Below are positions 50,725 through 60,120 of a DNA stretch of 64,000 nt, piece by piece. The DNA is from an uncultured Nitrospiraceae bacterium (lineage in GTDB: Bacteria > Nitrospirota > Nitrospiria > Nitrospirales > Nitrospiraceae). Position 1 is the stretch's first letter, and each line of letters opens with the position of its first letter. The DNA lies in NCBI GenBank assembly GCA_963730935.1, contig CAVSTP010000001.1, positions 32,001-96,000 on the forward strand, read 5' to 3'. The notes below the pieces were generated by a model. The model was not told the DNA's origin and did no database searches. It saw nothing but the letters and a program-made list of their open reading frames with translations. A program made the translations under genes and the position numbers.

Positions 50725-51474
50725 ATGGAAGAAAGTCCCCTGCATCCGTTTGAACTCCACAATTACATTCAGATCAATCTCGGCGGCCTCGATATTTCCA
50801 TCAACAAGGCCGTCGTCATGATGTGGGTGGTGGTGGGGCTCATCTCCATCCTCATGATCATGGCAGGGTCAGCCCGGCGCCTGGTGCCGGGGAAGCTGCA
50901 AAGCCTTGCTGAGATGATGGTCGATTTCATCCGCGGCATCATTTTGGACACGATGGGAAAAGACGGCCTGAAATTTTTCCCATTGATCGCCACGCTGTTT
51001 CTGTTCATTTTGTTTTGCAACCTCATCGGCTTGATTCCCGGGTCGTACACGGTCACCAGTCAGATCGTGGTCACGGCGGTGTTTGCCTGCACCGTGTATG
51101 CGCTGAGCCTCCTCATGGGCTTCCTCTTACACGGCGGCAAGTTTCTTGGCATTCTGGTGCCGCCCGGCACGCCAGGCTGGCTGCTGCCCTTGATGATTCC
51201 CATCGAACTCATCAGCCAGCTCGCTCGTCCGATCTCGCTCGCCGTGCGGTTGTTCGCCAACATGACCGCCGGCCACGTGATTTTGGGCGTGCTGTTCGGG
51301 CTGGCCGTCAGCGGAGGGCTCTTGATCGGCTGGCTGCCGTTCGTCTTTACGATCGCAATGAATGGATTGGAAGTCGGCATCGCATTCATCCAAGCGTATA
51401 TCTTCACGGTATTGACGTGCGTGTACTTGGGCGATGCATTCCATCTGCATGGGCATGACGAGCACGCGCACTAA
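50725..51474 (+). CDS. atpB: F0 ATP synthase subunit a
   Basis: VPGKLQ, NLIGLIP, RPISLAVRLFANMTAGH and FIQAYIF motifs. Confidence 0.97.
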   Translation: MEESPLHPFELHNYIQINLGGLDISINKAVVMMWVVVGLISILMIMAGSARRLVPGKLQSLAEMMVDFIRGIILDTMGKDGLKFFPLIATLFLFILFCNLIGLIPGSYTVTSQIVVTAVFACTVYALSLLMGFLLHGGKFLGILVPPGTPGWLLPLMIPIELISQLARPISLAVRLFANMTAGHVILGVLFGLAVSGGLLIGWLPFVFTIAMNGLEVGIAFIQAYIFTVLTCVYLGDAFHLHGHDEHAH

Positions 51475-51554
51475 CGACAGGTGACGCCGCCGCCGTAAGC
51501 GGTCGGCCTCAATTCACAGGGAGATTCTTTCTAGCAAGAGAGGAGTAGGACACG

Positions 51555-51785
51555 ATGGATTCTGCAGCCGCAGCACTGTTGGGCATGGGCCTCGCCGCCG
51601 CTGGATTTGCCGGAGCAGGCGTGGGCATTGGATACATTTTCGGAAAGATGATTGAGGCGGTCGCGCGTCAGCCGGAAGCGGAAGGGCGTGTCGGTAAGTA
51701 CATGTGGATCGGATTCGCGTTGGTCGAGGCCATCGCGCTGTATGGGCTGGTCATTGCGTTCATCATCATGGGCTTACGCAAATAG
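51555..51785 (+). CDS. atpE: F0 ATP synthase subunit c
   Basis: GxGxGxG, ARQPE and ALVEAIAL motifs. Confidence 0.97.
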   Translation: MDSAAAALLGMGLAAAGFAGAGVGIGYIFGKMIEAVARQPEAEGRVGKYMWIGFALVEAIALYGLVIAFIIMGLRK

Positions 51786-51867
51786 CCCAGCTCTGTATGC
51801 CGAGTTCTGAGCGTTGATCCTCGATTCAGGACTCACCATTCACTGATTGCCGAAGCGAAGGTGTACT

Positions 51868-52371
51868 ATGCCGCAGTTTGAATCGCATTTTTTCTCCTCC
51901 CTGATTTTCTGGGAAGTGGTGTCCTTCGGGATTCTGCTCTTCGTACTCTACAAATTTGCGTTCCCCGGTATTCTGAGCGTCCTGGAAGAACGGGAAAAAA
52001 AGATCAAGGACAGCTTGGACCAGGCCGAAATGCACCGGTCGGCCGCCGAGCGGAAGCTTAGGGAGTATGAGGCGAAGCTCGAAGGCGCCTCACGGGAAGC
52101 CGAAGGGATGCTGTTGGCGGCGAAGGAACGGGCGCAGCGAGTCATGGAAGAAAACGAGCAGCGCCTGATTGCCGAAGCAGAACGCATCAAAGGCGATGCG
52201 ACCCGTGAAATCGACCACGAACGACGAAAGGCGATTCAAGAGATCCGCACTCAAACGACCGATCTGGCTTTGATGGTGGCCGAAAAAGTCGTCCAGCGGA
52301 GCCTTACGGACGCGGACCACCGGCGGTTGGCCGACGAAGCCCTCGACGCGCTTTCGAAATCCTCACGGTAG
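51868..52371 (+). CDS. atpF: F0 ATP synthase subunit b
   Basis: MPQF, W....F.IL, P.I...LEER...I...L..AE, then coiled coil. Confidence 0.93.
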   Translation: MPQFESHFFSSLIFWEVVSFGILLFVLYKFAFPGILSVLEEREKKIKDSLDQAEMHRSAAERKLREYEAKLEGASREAEGMLLAAKERAQRVMEENEQRLIAEAERIKGDATREIDHERRKAIQEIRTQTTDLALMVAEKVVQRSLTDADHRRLADEALDALSKSSR

Positions 52372-52463
52372 CATGCGACCGTCGCCACACGCGGCGTCTC
52401 TTAGACACTTCCAAGAAAAGGGTACGACGACCGTGGACGCTCGGCCGCAGGCCAAGCGTGCGC

Positions 52464-53273
52464 TCAGGGTAAGCCTGAGCCCCCCGGACGATACCCGTCC
52501 AGATCCACGCAGATGAAGCGGAAGCCGGCCTCGCGCAGGCCAGCGCTGATCGATGCGCGGAGGGCCGGGTGGTCGAGCCGTGGGAACTCGTCTGGCGCGA
52601 TCTCGATCCTGGCGATATCGCCGTGATCCCGGACGCGGACCTGGCGGAAGCCTGCGGCCTGCAAGATGGCCTCGGCCTGCTCAACGCGGCGCAGTTTCTC
52701 GACGGTAATGGGCACGCCGCGGGGAATCCGCGAAGATAAACAGGCCGCCGCCGGCTTGTCCCACGCTGAAAGGCCGAGCGCCTGAGCCGCCACTCGGACG
52801 TCGGCCTTCGTCAGCCCCGCCTCCACGAGTGGGCTTCGCACTTGCCATTCGCGCGCTGCTCTGATGCCCGGACGGTCATCGCCGAGATCGTCCATGTTTG
52901 TGCCGTCCAGGATCCATTGCGTGGACCGAGCGGTTCTAAGCCCTTCCATCAAGCGATACAGATCGGTTTTGCAATGGAAGCAACGGGCGGCATCGTTTTC
53001 GACGAAAGCGGGAATCGCCAGTTGATCGGTCGTGACGACTTCATGCCGGACGCCGATCTCCAGCGCGGTACGAGTCGCGCTTTCCAATTCGGCGGCCGGG
53101 TAGGTCGGCGACACGGCCGTGACACCGACGGCGTTCTGTCCAAGCTCGTCGTGTGCGATCTTCAGCACCAGCGTGCTGTCGATGCCCCCTGAAAACGCGA
53201 CTAGCACGGAGTGCATCTCCGCCACGAGATGACGGAGACGGTCGAGTTTATCCGTCAGAAGCGCCGTGACCAT
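52464..53273 (-). CDS. larE: LarE-family PP-loop ATP-dependent sulfur transferase
   Basis: AFSGGIDS, RCFHCK, DGTN.DD..D.RPG, DKP..ACLSSR and RVR.HG.IARIE motifs. Confidence 0.88.
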   Translation of the reverse strand: MVTALLTDKLDRLRHLVAEMHSVLVAFSGGIDSTLVLKIAHDELGQNAVGVTAVSPTYPAAELESATRTALEIGVRHEVVTTDQLAIPAFVENDAARCFHCKTDLYRLMEGLRTARSTQWILDGTNMDDLGDDRPGIRAAREWQVRSPLVEAGLTKADVRVAAQALGLSAWDKPAAACLSSRIPRGVPITVEKLRRVEQAEAILQAAGFRQVRVRDHGDIARIEIAPDEFPRLDHPALRASISAGLREAGFRFICVDLDGYRPGGSGLP

Positions 53274-53279
53274 GGTCGA

Positions 53280-54644
53280 TTACTGCTTCAGCTTGGCCTT
53301 TGCCGCGTTGCCGACGACGACGAGCGCATACCGATGCGGGTTGAGGTATTGCTTGGCGACCCGGAGGACGTCCTCCTTGGTGACCCGCTCGATCCACTTG
53401 GGATATTGGGAAAAGTATTCGAACCCCAAACCGTAAAACTCAACCTGGGCCAATACCTGAGCGAGCTTGGCGGTGGAGTCGAGCCGTAGCGGAAAACTTC
53501 CGACCAAGAAGGACTTGGCCTCCGAAAGTTCCTGATCGGTGACGGGCGCTTCGCGGATGTTCTTGATCTCGGCCAGCACCCCTTGGATCGCTTGGTTCGT
53601 GGCTTCCGTACGGGTTTGAAAGTTGACCCAAAAGGACCCGGGCAGGAGCCGCGCATCAAAATGGCTCATGATCCCGTAGACCAAGCCCTGTTTGTCGCGG
53701 ATGGATTCCATCAGCCGCGAGGAGAATCCGCCGGCCCCTAGGATGTAGTTCATGACGGTGACGGCGTAAAAATCGGGATTGTTCCGACTGATTCCGCCGT
53801 GGCCGAGAATAACGTTTGACTGCGTCAAATCCTTCTCGATGAGCTGTACCGTCTTTTTCTCGACCGGTGCCGGATTCTTCAGATTTCGCGACGGCGCTGC
53901 AGACTTCTTCCAGGCACCGAAATGGGTCTGCACGAGTCCAATCACCTGTTCCGCCGTGACGTCGCCCACGATCGTAAGAATCACCTGACTGGGAGTGTAC
54001 TCTCGGTTGTAGAAGCCCAACACGTCGGCATGAGTAATTTTATTAAGCGACTCCTCGCTGCCGTACAACGGCCAGCGGTACGGATGCCCGTGAAACACTA
54101 GCTGGTTGAAAGATTTCATCGCGACGTGACCGGGATCGTCGTTGTCACTGGCCATTTCCCCGAGTACTTGGGAGCGTATCCGTTCGAACTCGGGCTTGTG
54201 AAACGCCGGGTGCTGCAGGATGTCGGCCAGCAACGTAAAGCCCAACTCCACATCCTTCTTCAACACGCGGACAGAGGCGGTCGTGAAATCTTCGGCAGCC
54301 CTGACTTCCAAGGCGCCGCCGACGAAGTCGATCTGCTCGGCGAGTTGTTTCGACGACCGGGAGGTCGTGCCTTCGTCAAGGAGACTAGCGACCAGATTCG
54401 CAAGGCCGGCTTTCTCGGGAGGATCATGCGCCGAGCCGCTCTTGACCATCGCATGGACTTCGACAATCGGCAGGAAATGCTGCTCCAGCACGAGGACTGT
54501 CATGCCGTTGGGCGTGACGGATTTCGTGGGAACAATCTCGGCGGCCGAGAGAGGGGTGGCTGCAACGGCGACTGCGAGAGAGCCGAGCAGGAGCCAACCA
54601 GGTCGCGTATGGAACACCATCGAGCGTAACAACGTGGCGATCAC
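53280..54644 (-). CDS. M16 peptidase, non-catalytic subunit (exported)
   Basis: M16 fold motifs but no HxxEH (GLANLVASLLDEGT); NYILG.GGFSSRL...IR...GLVY. GTG start overlaps the upstream stop. Confidence 0.88.
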   Translation of the reverse strand: MIATLLRSMVFHTRPGWLLLGSLAVAVAATPLSAAEIVPTKSVTPNGMTVLVLEQHFLPIVEVHAMVKSGSAHDPPEKAGLANLVASLLDEGTTSRSSKQLAEQIDFVGGALEVRAAEDFTTASVRVLKKDVELGFTLLADILQHPAFHKPEFERIRSQVLGEMASDNDDPGHVAMKSFNQLVFHGHPYRWPLYGSEESLNKITHADVLGFYNREYTPSQVILTIVGDVTAEQVIGLVQTHFGAWKKSAAPSRNLKNPAPVEKKTVQLIEKDLTQSNVILGHGGISRNNPDFYAVTVMNYILGAGGFSSRLMESIRDKQGLVYGIMSHFDARLLPGSFWVNFQTRTEATNQAIQGVLAEIKNIREAPVTDQELSEAKSFLVGSFPLRLDSTAKLAQVLAQVEFYGLGFEYFSQYPKWIERVTKEDVLRVAKQYLNPHRYALVVVGNAAKAKLKQ

Positions 54645-56047
54645 GGTTTTCCCTGCACTGCCGCAGTGGGCGATTCCGGTGGCTTGGGTATGACGGGAAT
54701 CAAGGTGCCGACGGTCCGCGCGTCCTCGATCAGATACTGTGCTGCGACGCGCTGTACCTCCTTCGCCGTGACGGCATGGATCCGCTCCAAAAACTGATCT
54801 ACTTTGCGCCATCCCGCTCCCACGGACTCCGCCTGGCCCAGCAGCATGGCGTGCCGGAAATTGGAGTCCTGTTCGAAGACCCTGGACGCCTCCACCTGGT
54901 TCTTGGCCCGTTGCAGTTCCTGTTCGGTCGGCGGCTCGGTCTGGAGCCGCTTGATTTCCTTATGGAGCGCTTCTTCCACGATCTCGACCTTCTGGCCGGG
55001 ACTCACGAGAGCATAAAAATAAAACAGGCCTGGGTCGGTCTGCATCAAGCCATACTCGGCGCCGACTGCGAGAGAAAGTTTCTGATCGTAGACGAGACTT
55101 TGATAGAGTCGGGAACTTTTCCCGTGAGAAAGGACGGATTCCAGCACATCCAAGGCATAGGAATCTTCGCTCGTATAGTTTGGGACGCGATAGCCCATCA
55201 TCACAAACGGCACCTGCGCTTCACGTTTCAGCAGAAACCGTCGCTCGCCCTTCTGCTCACCCTCCATGGTGGCCACCGGCTTGGGTTCGGGTCCACGCGG
55301 TATGGGCTCGAACAAATGCTTAATCGTCGGCAGCAATTGGTCGGCCTTGATGTCACCAACGACGACCAATGTGGCGTTGTTGGGAGAATAATAGGTGTCG
55401 TAGTGTCGCTGAAGATCGTCGAGCGTCATCGCATCCAAATCGCCGAACCATCCAATGACGGGCCAGTGATAGGGATGGCTGAGATACGCCTGGGCAAACA
55501 AGGCTTCCACGAGGGCACCTTGCGGATCGTCTTCCGTGCGCAGTCGGCGTTCCTCCTTCACGACCTCTCGCTCGGTCTTGAGCTCGTTCGCGTCAAGAAT
55601 GAGGCCCTGCATGCGATCGGCCTCCATTTCCAAGGCAAGTTGCACGCGGTCCGCCGCGAGATTTTCGAAATAGGCCGTGAAATCCTGACTGGTGAAGGCG
55701 TTGTCCATGCCGCCGTTCTTGCGAATGAGGCGCGAAAACGATCCCTTCGGATATTTTGCCGTGCCCTTGAACATCATGTGCTCGAGCATGTGCGAGAGCC
55801 CCGCACGGCCCATGACCTCATTGCGGGAACCGACCTTGTACCAGACCTGAACTGTGGCAACCGGCGCTTTCGGAACCTCCACGAGCAGCACCTTCATGCC
55901 GTTCGAAAGGATGTACTCATGAGGCTCGGCGGCGATGGTTGATTGGATGGAAAAACACCAGACTACAGTCAGGATGGGAAGCCACCAGAAACGGCTGTGT
56001 CGGAGGCGCAAACTGGTCATGATTGGTGGTGAGGAGAACCGTTGCAT
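54641..56047 (-). CDS. M16 zinc peptidase, catalytic subunit (exported)
   Basis: WYKVGSRNE, HMLEH (HxxEH), NAFT, E.DRM and EREVV.EER motifs. Confidence 0.92.
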   Translation of the reverse strand: MQRFSSPPIMTSLRLRHSRFWWLPILTVVWCFSIQSTIAAEPHEYILSNGMKVLLVEVPKAPVATVQVWYKVGSRNEVMGRAGLSHMLEHMMFKGTAKYPKGSFSRLIRKNGGMDNAFTSQDFTAYFENLAADRVQLALEMEADRMQGLILDANELKTEREVVKEERRLRTEDDPQGALVEALFAQAYLSHPYHWPVIGWFGDLDAMTLDDLQRHYDTYYSPNNATLVVVGDIKADQLLPTIKHLFEPIPRGPEPKPVATMEGEQKGERRFLLKREAQVPFVMMGYRVPNYTSEDSYALDVLESVLSHGKSSRLYQSLVYDQKLSLAVGAEYGLMQTDPGLFYFYALVSPGQKVEIVEEALHKEIKRLQTEPPTEQELQRAKNQVEASRVFEQDSNFRHAMLLGQAESVGAGWRKVDQFLERIHAVTAKEVQRVAAQYLIEDARTVGTLIPVIPKPPESPTAAVQGKP

Positions 56048-56048
56048 G

Positions 56049-57146
56049 CTAACAACGGGATTCGATATGTGTCAAGGTTCGGATGCGAGGAGTAGAGAGA
56101 TTCCCGAGTTGTCCGCAGGCACCCAGCACGTCGCGGCCACGACTTTTCCGGATGAAGACGTCGATGCCGGCCTCGCGTACGATCGATTGGAACGCCAGGA
56201 TGTCGAGGTCGGACGGCCGGCGGAAGGCACTGCCGGGAAATGGGTTGAAGGGAATCAAATTGACCTTGCATGTGATCCCGCGGATCAGTTTGACCAGACG
56301 CAGGGCATCGGCCTCGCCATCGTTCACGCCGGCGAGCAACACATATTCAAACGTCAGCCGTCGGTGCGGCGCCAAGGGGTACCGGCGGCAGGCGAGCAGC
56401 AGTGTTTTGAGCGATGCCATCCCGTTGACCGCCGGCATGAGCCGAGCGCGCTGCTCGTCCGTGGTGGCGTTCAGTGAGACGGCCAGGTTCACTCCCAGCG
56501 GCGCAACCTCCTTCATGCGGGAGGCCAGACCGGCCGTCGATACGGTAATGCGGCGCGGGGACCACCCTAGCCCCCAGCGCTTGTTCGTCAGCCGGCGGAT
56601 CGCTTCCGACATGGCGTTGAAATTCGCCAGTGGTTCGCCCATGCCCATGAACACCATGTTCGACAATCGTTCGCCATCCTCGAGTTGGTCTTGAGCCGCC
56701 AACACCTGCTCGATGATCTCGTGCGGCTTGAGGTTCCGCTTCAAGCCCATCGTGCCGGTGAGGCAGAACCCGCAGTCCAACGTACAGCCGACCTGGGTGG
56801 AGAGACACAGCGTCAGCCGGCTCTCGTCGGGAATGAGGACAGCTTCCACCTCGAGTCCGTCCTCCAGCTTCAGGACCAGCTTTCTGGTGTCGTCTGCGGA
56901 GCGAAACACGAGGCAATGAGGGGTCCGTGCGATGCTCGCGCGGCCGCTCAATTTCGCCCGGTCCGCGTGGCTCAGATCCGTCATGTTGCTGATGGATCGT
57001 GCTCGCCGCTGATAGAGCCAGCGAAGGATCTGTGGAGTGCGATACGCAGGCCAACCGAACTCGGCGACGAGCCCAGCCATCTCCGTCTCGTCGAGGGAGA
57101 GCAGATTGATGCTGGATTGAGAAACCACGGCGTTCGAGCCCTGCAT
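56049..57146 (-). CDS. rlmN: Dual-specificity rRNA/tRNA methyltransferase RlmN (radical SAM)
   Basis: CLSTQVGC.L.C.FC.TG, FMGMGEP, ITVSTAG, FEYVLL.GVND, NLIPFNP and GACGQL motifs. Confidence 0.95.
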   Translation of the reverse strand: MQGSNAVVSQSSINLLSLDETEMAGLVAEFGWPAYRTPQILRWLYQRRARSISNMTDLSHADRAKLSGRASIARTPHCLVFRSADDTRKLVLKLEDGLEVEAVLIPDESRLTLCLSTQVGCTLDCGFCLTGTMGLKRNLKPHEIIEQVLAAQDQLEDGERLSNMVFMGMGEPLANFNAMSEAIRRLTNKRWGLGWSPRRITVSTAGLASRMKEVAPLGVNLAVSLNATTDEQRARLMPAVNGMASLKTLLLACRRYPLAPHRRLTFEYVLLAGVNDGEADALRLVKLIRGITCKVNLIPFNPFPGSAFRRPSDLDILAFQSIVREAGIDVFIRKSRGRDVLGACGQLGNLSTPRIRTLTHIESRC

Positions 57147-57250
57147 GGCGCAGCCTACCATATACGCGTCCTCTGCTGGCAAGGATGGAGAGACACTGTT
57201 ATATATGGTAGAGCCATGAACAGCGGGAGAGACGAGTGCTGCCTACGGTG

Positions 57251-59461
57251 ATGCGGTTGTGTGTGTGCAGTTTGCTGCTCCTTCTCGGCGGCGTGGCCGG
57301 ATCTGCCGTCCTCCCAAGTGAAGTAGAAATCTGCGATCAGGCGGAGCCGTGCTTTCAGGCTGCGGTGCTTCCCAAGGAACGCCTCGGAAAGGCTTTGGCC
57401 AAGGAGCAGGTATTGGCGCTCAAGCTCGAGCGTCTTCGGAGCTTGAGCGAGCGGTTCCCGGATACTCTCTGGGCAAGACGCGCCGGCCTTTTGTCCGGTG
57501 TGCTGTCGATCGAGCCGAACCCTGCCGCAGCCATTCCATTCCTTCGGAGTGCACAACATGATTTCCCGGTGCTGGATGACTACATCCGTCTTTGGATCGC
57601 TCAAGCACAACTGAATCTCGGCGAGACGAAAGAGGCAGCGGTGCTCCTGGAAAGTATCCCGATGGCGGTGCCTGATTCGAACATCCTGGCGAGGGCTGCC
57701 TATAAAACGGGGGAAGCATGGTATCAAGCCTCCGCTTGTCAGGAATCGACGCTCTGGTTTACGAAGGCCGTCGCCATGAATGACAAGGATACCAGCGCTC
57801 CACAGGCGTTCCTGCGCCGCGCCGCGTGCCGGTTGCGCGACAACAATGTCGCTGAAGGGCGCGACCTGCTCCAACAGCTGTGGGTGCGGTTTCCATACAC
57901 TCCGGAAGCCAAAGAGGCGGAAGCGTTGTTGTCGTCCAATTTGGGCGGAGAAGCATGGGTCGTGCAACCGTCCGACCGACTTACCCGCGCACAGGCTTTT
58001 TTAGGACAGGCGTTTCATGCCGAAGCCATCGAAGAGCTGAAAAAATTTCTCGCCGCCGATCCGCATTCCACCCGGCGAGCCGAAGCCAAGTTGAAGTTGG
58101 GCATTGCACAGGTGCGGCTCAAGCAATACGACCAAGCGCGTGAAACGTTTCGCGTATTGGCCAAAGAGGGCGGAGGACCCGAATCCCACGAGGCGGCGGT
58201 GTGGCTGGCTCGCGTCTATCTCCGGCAGGGACAGGGCGACAAGCTCTTGGAAGCCGCACGAGTGCTGCCCTCCTCGTCGCTGTCTGCGGAACAGAAGGGC
58301 CAGATTACACTGTTCGTCGGGATGTGGCTCGAAGACCAAAAACAATTCGACGACGCCATTGGGAAATATCATCAGGTGGCGAAACAGGGCGAGCCTGCGT
58401 CACAGCGGGCGGAAGGCCAATGGCGGGTGGGGTGGGTCTACTATCGGACCGGCCGGTATCGCGAGGCCGGTGAAAGTTTGCGGACGCTCGCTGAACTGCA
58501 TGACAGCGAATTCGAGCCCCAAGCCCTGTACTGGATGGGGCGCGCCGGTGAACAACAGCAACAGTCCGAGTCGCAAGAGTATTATAAGAAGCTCTGCCAG
58601 CGACATCGGTTCACCTATTATTGCCAACTTGCCCGGGAACGTGTGAAGACATTGCCCGTTGCTGACGCTCCTCTCGAAGTAACCGTCGCCTCCGTCGAAC
58701 CATTGAAGGACGGCGAGGCAGCCGCGCCTGTCGTCACGCGCGCCGACATCGCCCAGCAGACGGCATATCGACGAGCGATTGAACTCAAAACATTGGGGTT
58801 GGATGCCGATGCCGCTCAGGAAGTCGCGGTGTTGACGGACCGGTATAGCCGGGACCCAGATGCCCTGGTGGCGTTGTCGACGATGTTGAACGAGGTCGGA
58901 GCCTACCATCAGGCGCTGCGGCTCGCACGTGCACGATTCCGGGATCAGTTGGAGCGGACCGGCGGAACGTTTGCCCCTTCCTTATGGAACGTCGCCTATC
59001 CGACCGGTCTGCTCCCCACGATCAAGCTGCAAGGGGCCAAGGGTGTGGACCCGTATTTGATCGCCGCTATCATCCGTGAGGAAAGCCAATACGATGTCAA
59101 GGCGGTCTCCCGAGTCGGGGCGATCGGGTTGATGCAGGTGATGCCTGCGACGGCAAACAACGTGGCCCAGCGGGTCGGCCTTCCCGCCGTGGGACGGGAA
59201 GATCTGTTTGACCAAGAAACGAACATCCGGATCGGTGTTCGCTATGTCGAGCAGTTGCTGGAGCAGTTTTCCGGCAACCTGGTGTACACCATCGCCTCCT
59301 ATAATGCAGGACCTCTCGCGGTCGGCAATTGGATCGGTCAGTATCGGGGGCAGGGGCAGGACGAATTCGTCGAACTGATCCCGTATCAGGAGACCAGACA
59401 ATACGTGAAACGGGTTCTGCGGACGTACCGCGAATACGTGCGCCTCGGCGGCTTGTCCTGA
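57251..59461 (+). CDS. Soluble lytic transglycosylase with TPR-like repeats (Slt70-like)
   Basis: Signal peptide; TPR helices; IIREES.Y...AVS..GA.GLMQVMP.TA, ASYNAG and ETRQYV motifs. Confidence 0.88.
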   Translation: MRLCVCSLLLLLGGVAGSAVLPSEVEICDQAEPCFQAAVLPKERLGKALAKEQVLALKLERLRSLSERFPDTLWARRAGLLSGVLSIEPNPAAAIPFLRSAQHDFPVLDDYIRLWIAQAQLNLGETKEAAVLLESIPMAVPDSNILARAAYKTGEAWYQASACQESTLWFTKAVAMNDKDTSAPQAFLRRAACRLRDNNVAEGRDLLQQLWVRFPYTPEAKEAEALLSSNLGGEAWVVQPSDRLTRAQAFLGQAFHAEAIEELKKFLAADPHSTRRAEAKLKLGIAQVRLKQYDQARETFRVLAKEGGGPESHEAAVWLARVYLRQGQGDKLLEAARVLPSSSLSAEQKGQITLFVGMWLEDQKQFDDAIGKYHQVAKQGEPASQRAEGQWRVGWVYYRTGRYREAGESLRTLAELHDSEFEPQALYWMGRAGEQQQQSESQEYYKKLCQRHRFTYYCQLARERVKTLPVADAPLEVTVASVEPLKDGEAAAPVVTRADIAQQTAYRRAIELKTLGLDADAAQEVAVLTDRYSRDPDALVALSTMLNEVGAYHQALRLARARFRDQLERTGGTFAPSLWNVAYPTGLLPTIKLQGAKGVDPYLIAAIIREESQYDVKAVSRVGAIGLMQVMPATANNVAQRVGLPAVGREDLFDQETNIRIGVRYVEQLLEQFSGNLVYTIASYNAGPLAVGNWIGQYRGQGQDEFVELIPYQETRQYVKRVLRTYREYVRLGGLS

Positions 59462-59466
59462 CGGCG

Positions 59467-59495
59467 TTGACAAGCTGTGGGTAAGTTCCTATAGT
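59467..59495 (+). promoter_or_regulatory. Near-consensus sigma70 promoter of zapB-zapA
   Basis: TTGACA-N17-TATAGT. Confidence 0.75.
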
Positions 59496-59532
59496 GCGCC
59501 ACAATCGGTGGTGGTAACTCCGGAGAGTGTAC

Positions 59533-59787
59533 ATGGCGTTGGATCGTTTGGATGCGCTCGAGACGCGTATCAAAGACTTGGTGAAGTTGATTCAAGAACT
59601 GAAAAAACAAAATGCCGGCCTCGAGGATGATCTTCGATTAGCCCGGAAGCGGTTGGCCGACGAAAGCGATTCGAATCGGCGTTGGGCGCGGGAACGCACG
59701 GATATCAAGGTCCGGATCGAGAAAGTCCTTAGCGATATCGAAGTGTTGGAGGGGTTCGAAGAACGCAAGGAGGTGGCCTTTGACTAA
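59533..59787 (+). CDS. zapB: Cell division coiled-coil protein, ZapB-like
   Basis: LD.LE.RI..L...I..LK..N..L coiled coil; directly upstream of zapA. Confidence 0.75.
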   Translation: MALDRLDALETRIKDLVKLIQELKKQNAGLEDDLRLARKRLADESDSNRRWARERTDIKVRIEKVLSDIEVLEGFEERKEVAFD

Positions 59788-60076
59788 GACGACGGATGTC
59801 GAAATCTACGGCCAGCGGTACACGATCAGAGGCGAGGCGGACGAAGCCTATATCCGCCGCCTGGCAGGCTTAGTGGACGGGCAAATGCGTCAGCTTGCGC
59901 AAGGAATGAATACTACCACGCCGTCCCGTTTAGCTGTGCTCACAGCGCTCAATCTGGCCCACCAGTTGTTCGAAGCGGAAAAGAAGCGCACCCAGGGCGA
60001 AGCCGATGTCGAACGTCGGATGACGTCCCTCATGGAATCGATTGAAGAGCAGGTCCCCACGTCGCTGTTTCGCTGA
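59780..60076 (+). CDS. zapA: Cell division protein ZapA
   Basis: VEIYGQ.Y.I, Y...LA..VD..M and RLAVL.ALNLA motifs; SD AAGGAGG, TTG start. Confidence 0.92.
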   Translation: MTKTTDVEIYGQRYTIRGEADEAYIRRLAGLVDGQMRQLAQGMNTTTPSRLAVLTALNLAHQLFEAEKKRTQGEADVERRMTSLMESIEEQVPTSLFR

Positions 60077-60082
60077 ATGCGC

Positions 60083-60112
60083 TTGCAAAGGCCGCGAAGC
60101 CTTTGCTATCGT
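60083..60112 (+). promoter_or_regulatory. Putative sigma70 promoter immediately after zapA
   Basis: TTGCAA-N18-TATCGT with TGn extended -10; predicted start ~60119-60121. Confidence 0.55.
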
Positions 60113-60120
60113 GGTGTTGT

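Noticed and set aside
53280..57146. Radical SAM plus M16 proteases as a PQQ/RiPP cluster
   Set aside because: The radical SAM enzyme has all RlmN hallmarks and no SPASM domain; the proteases have signal peptides; no precursor is visible.
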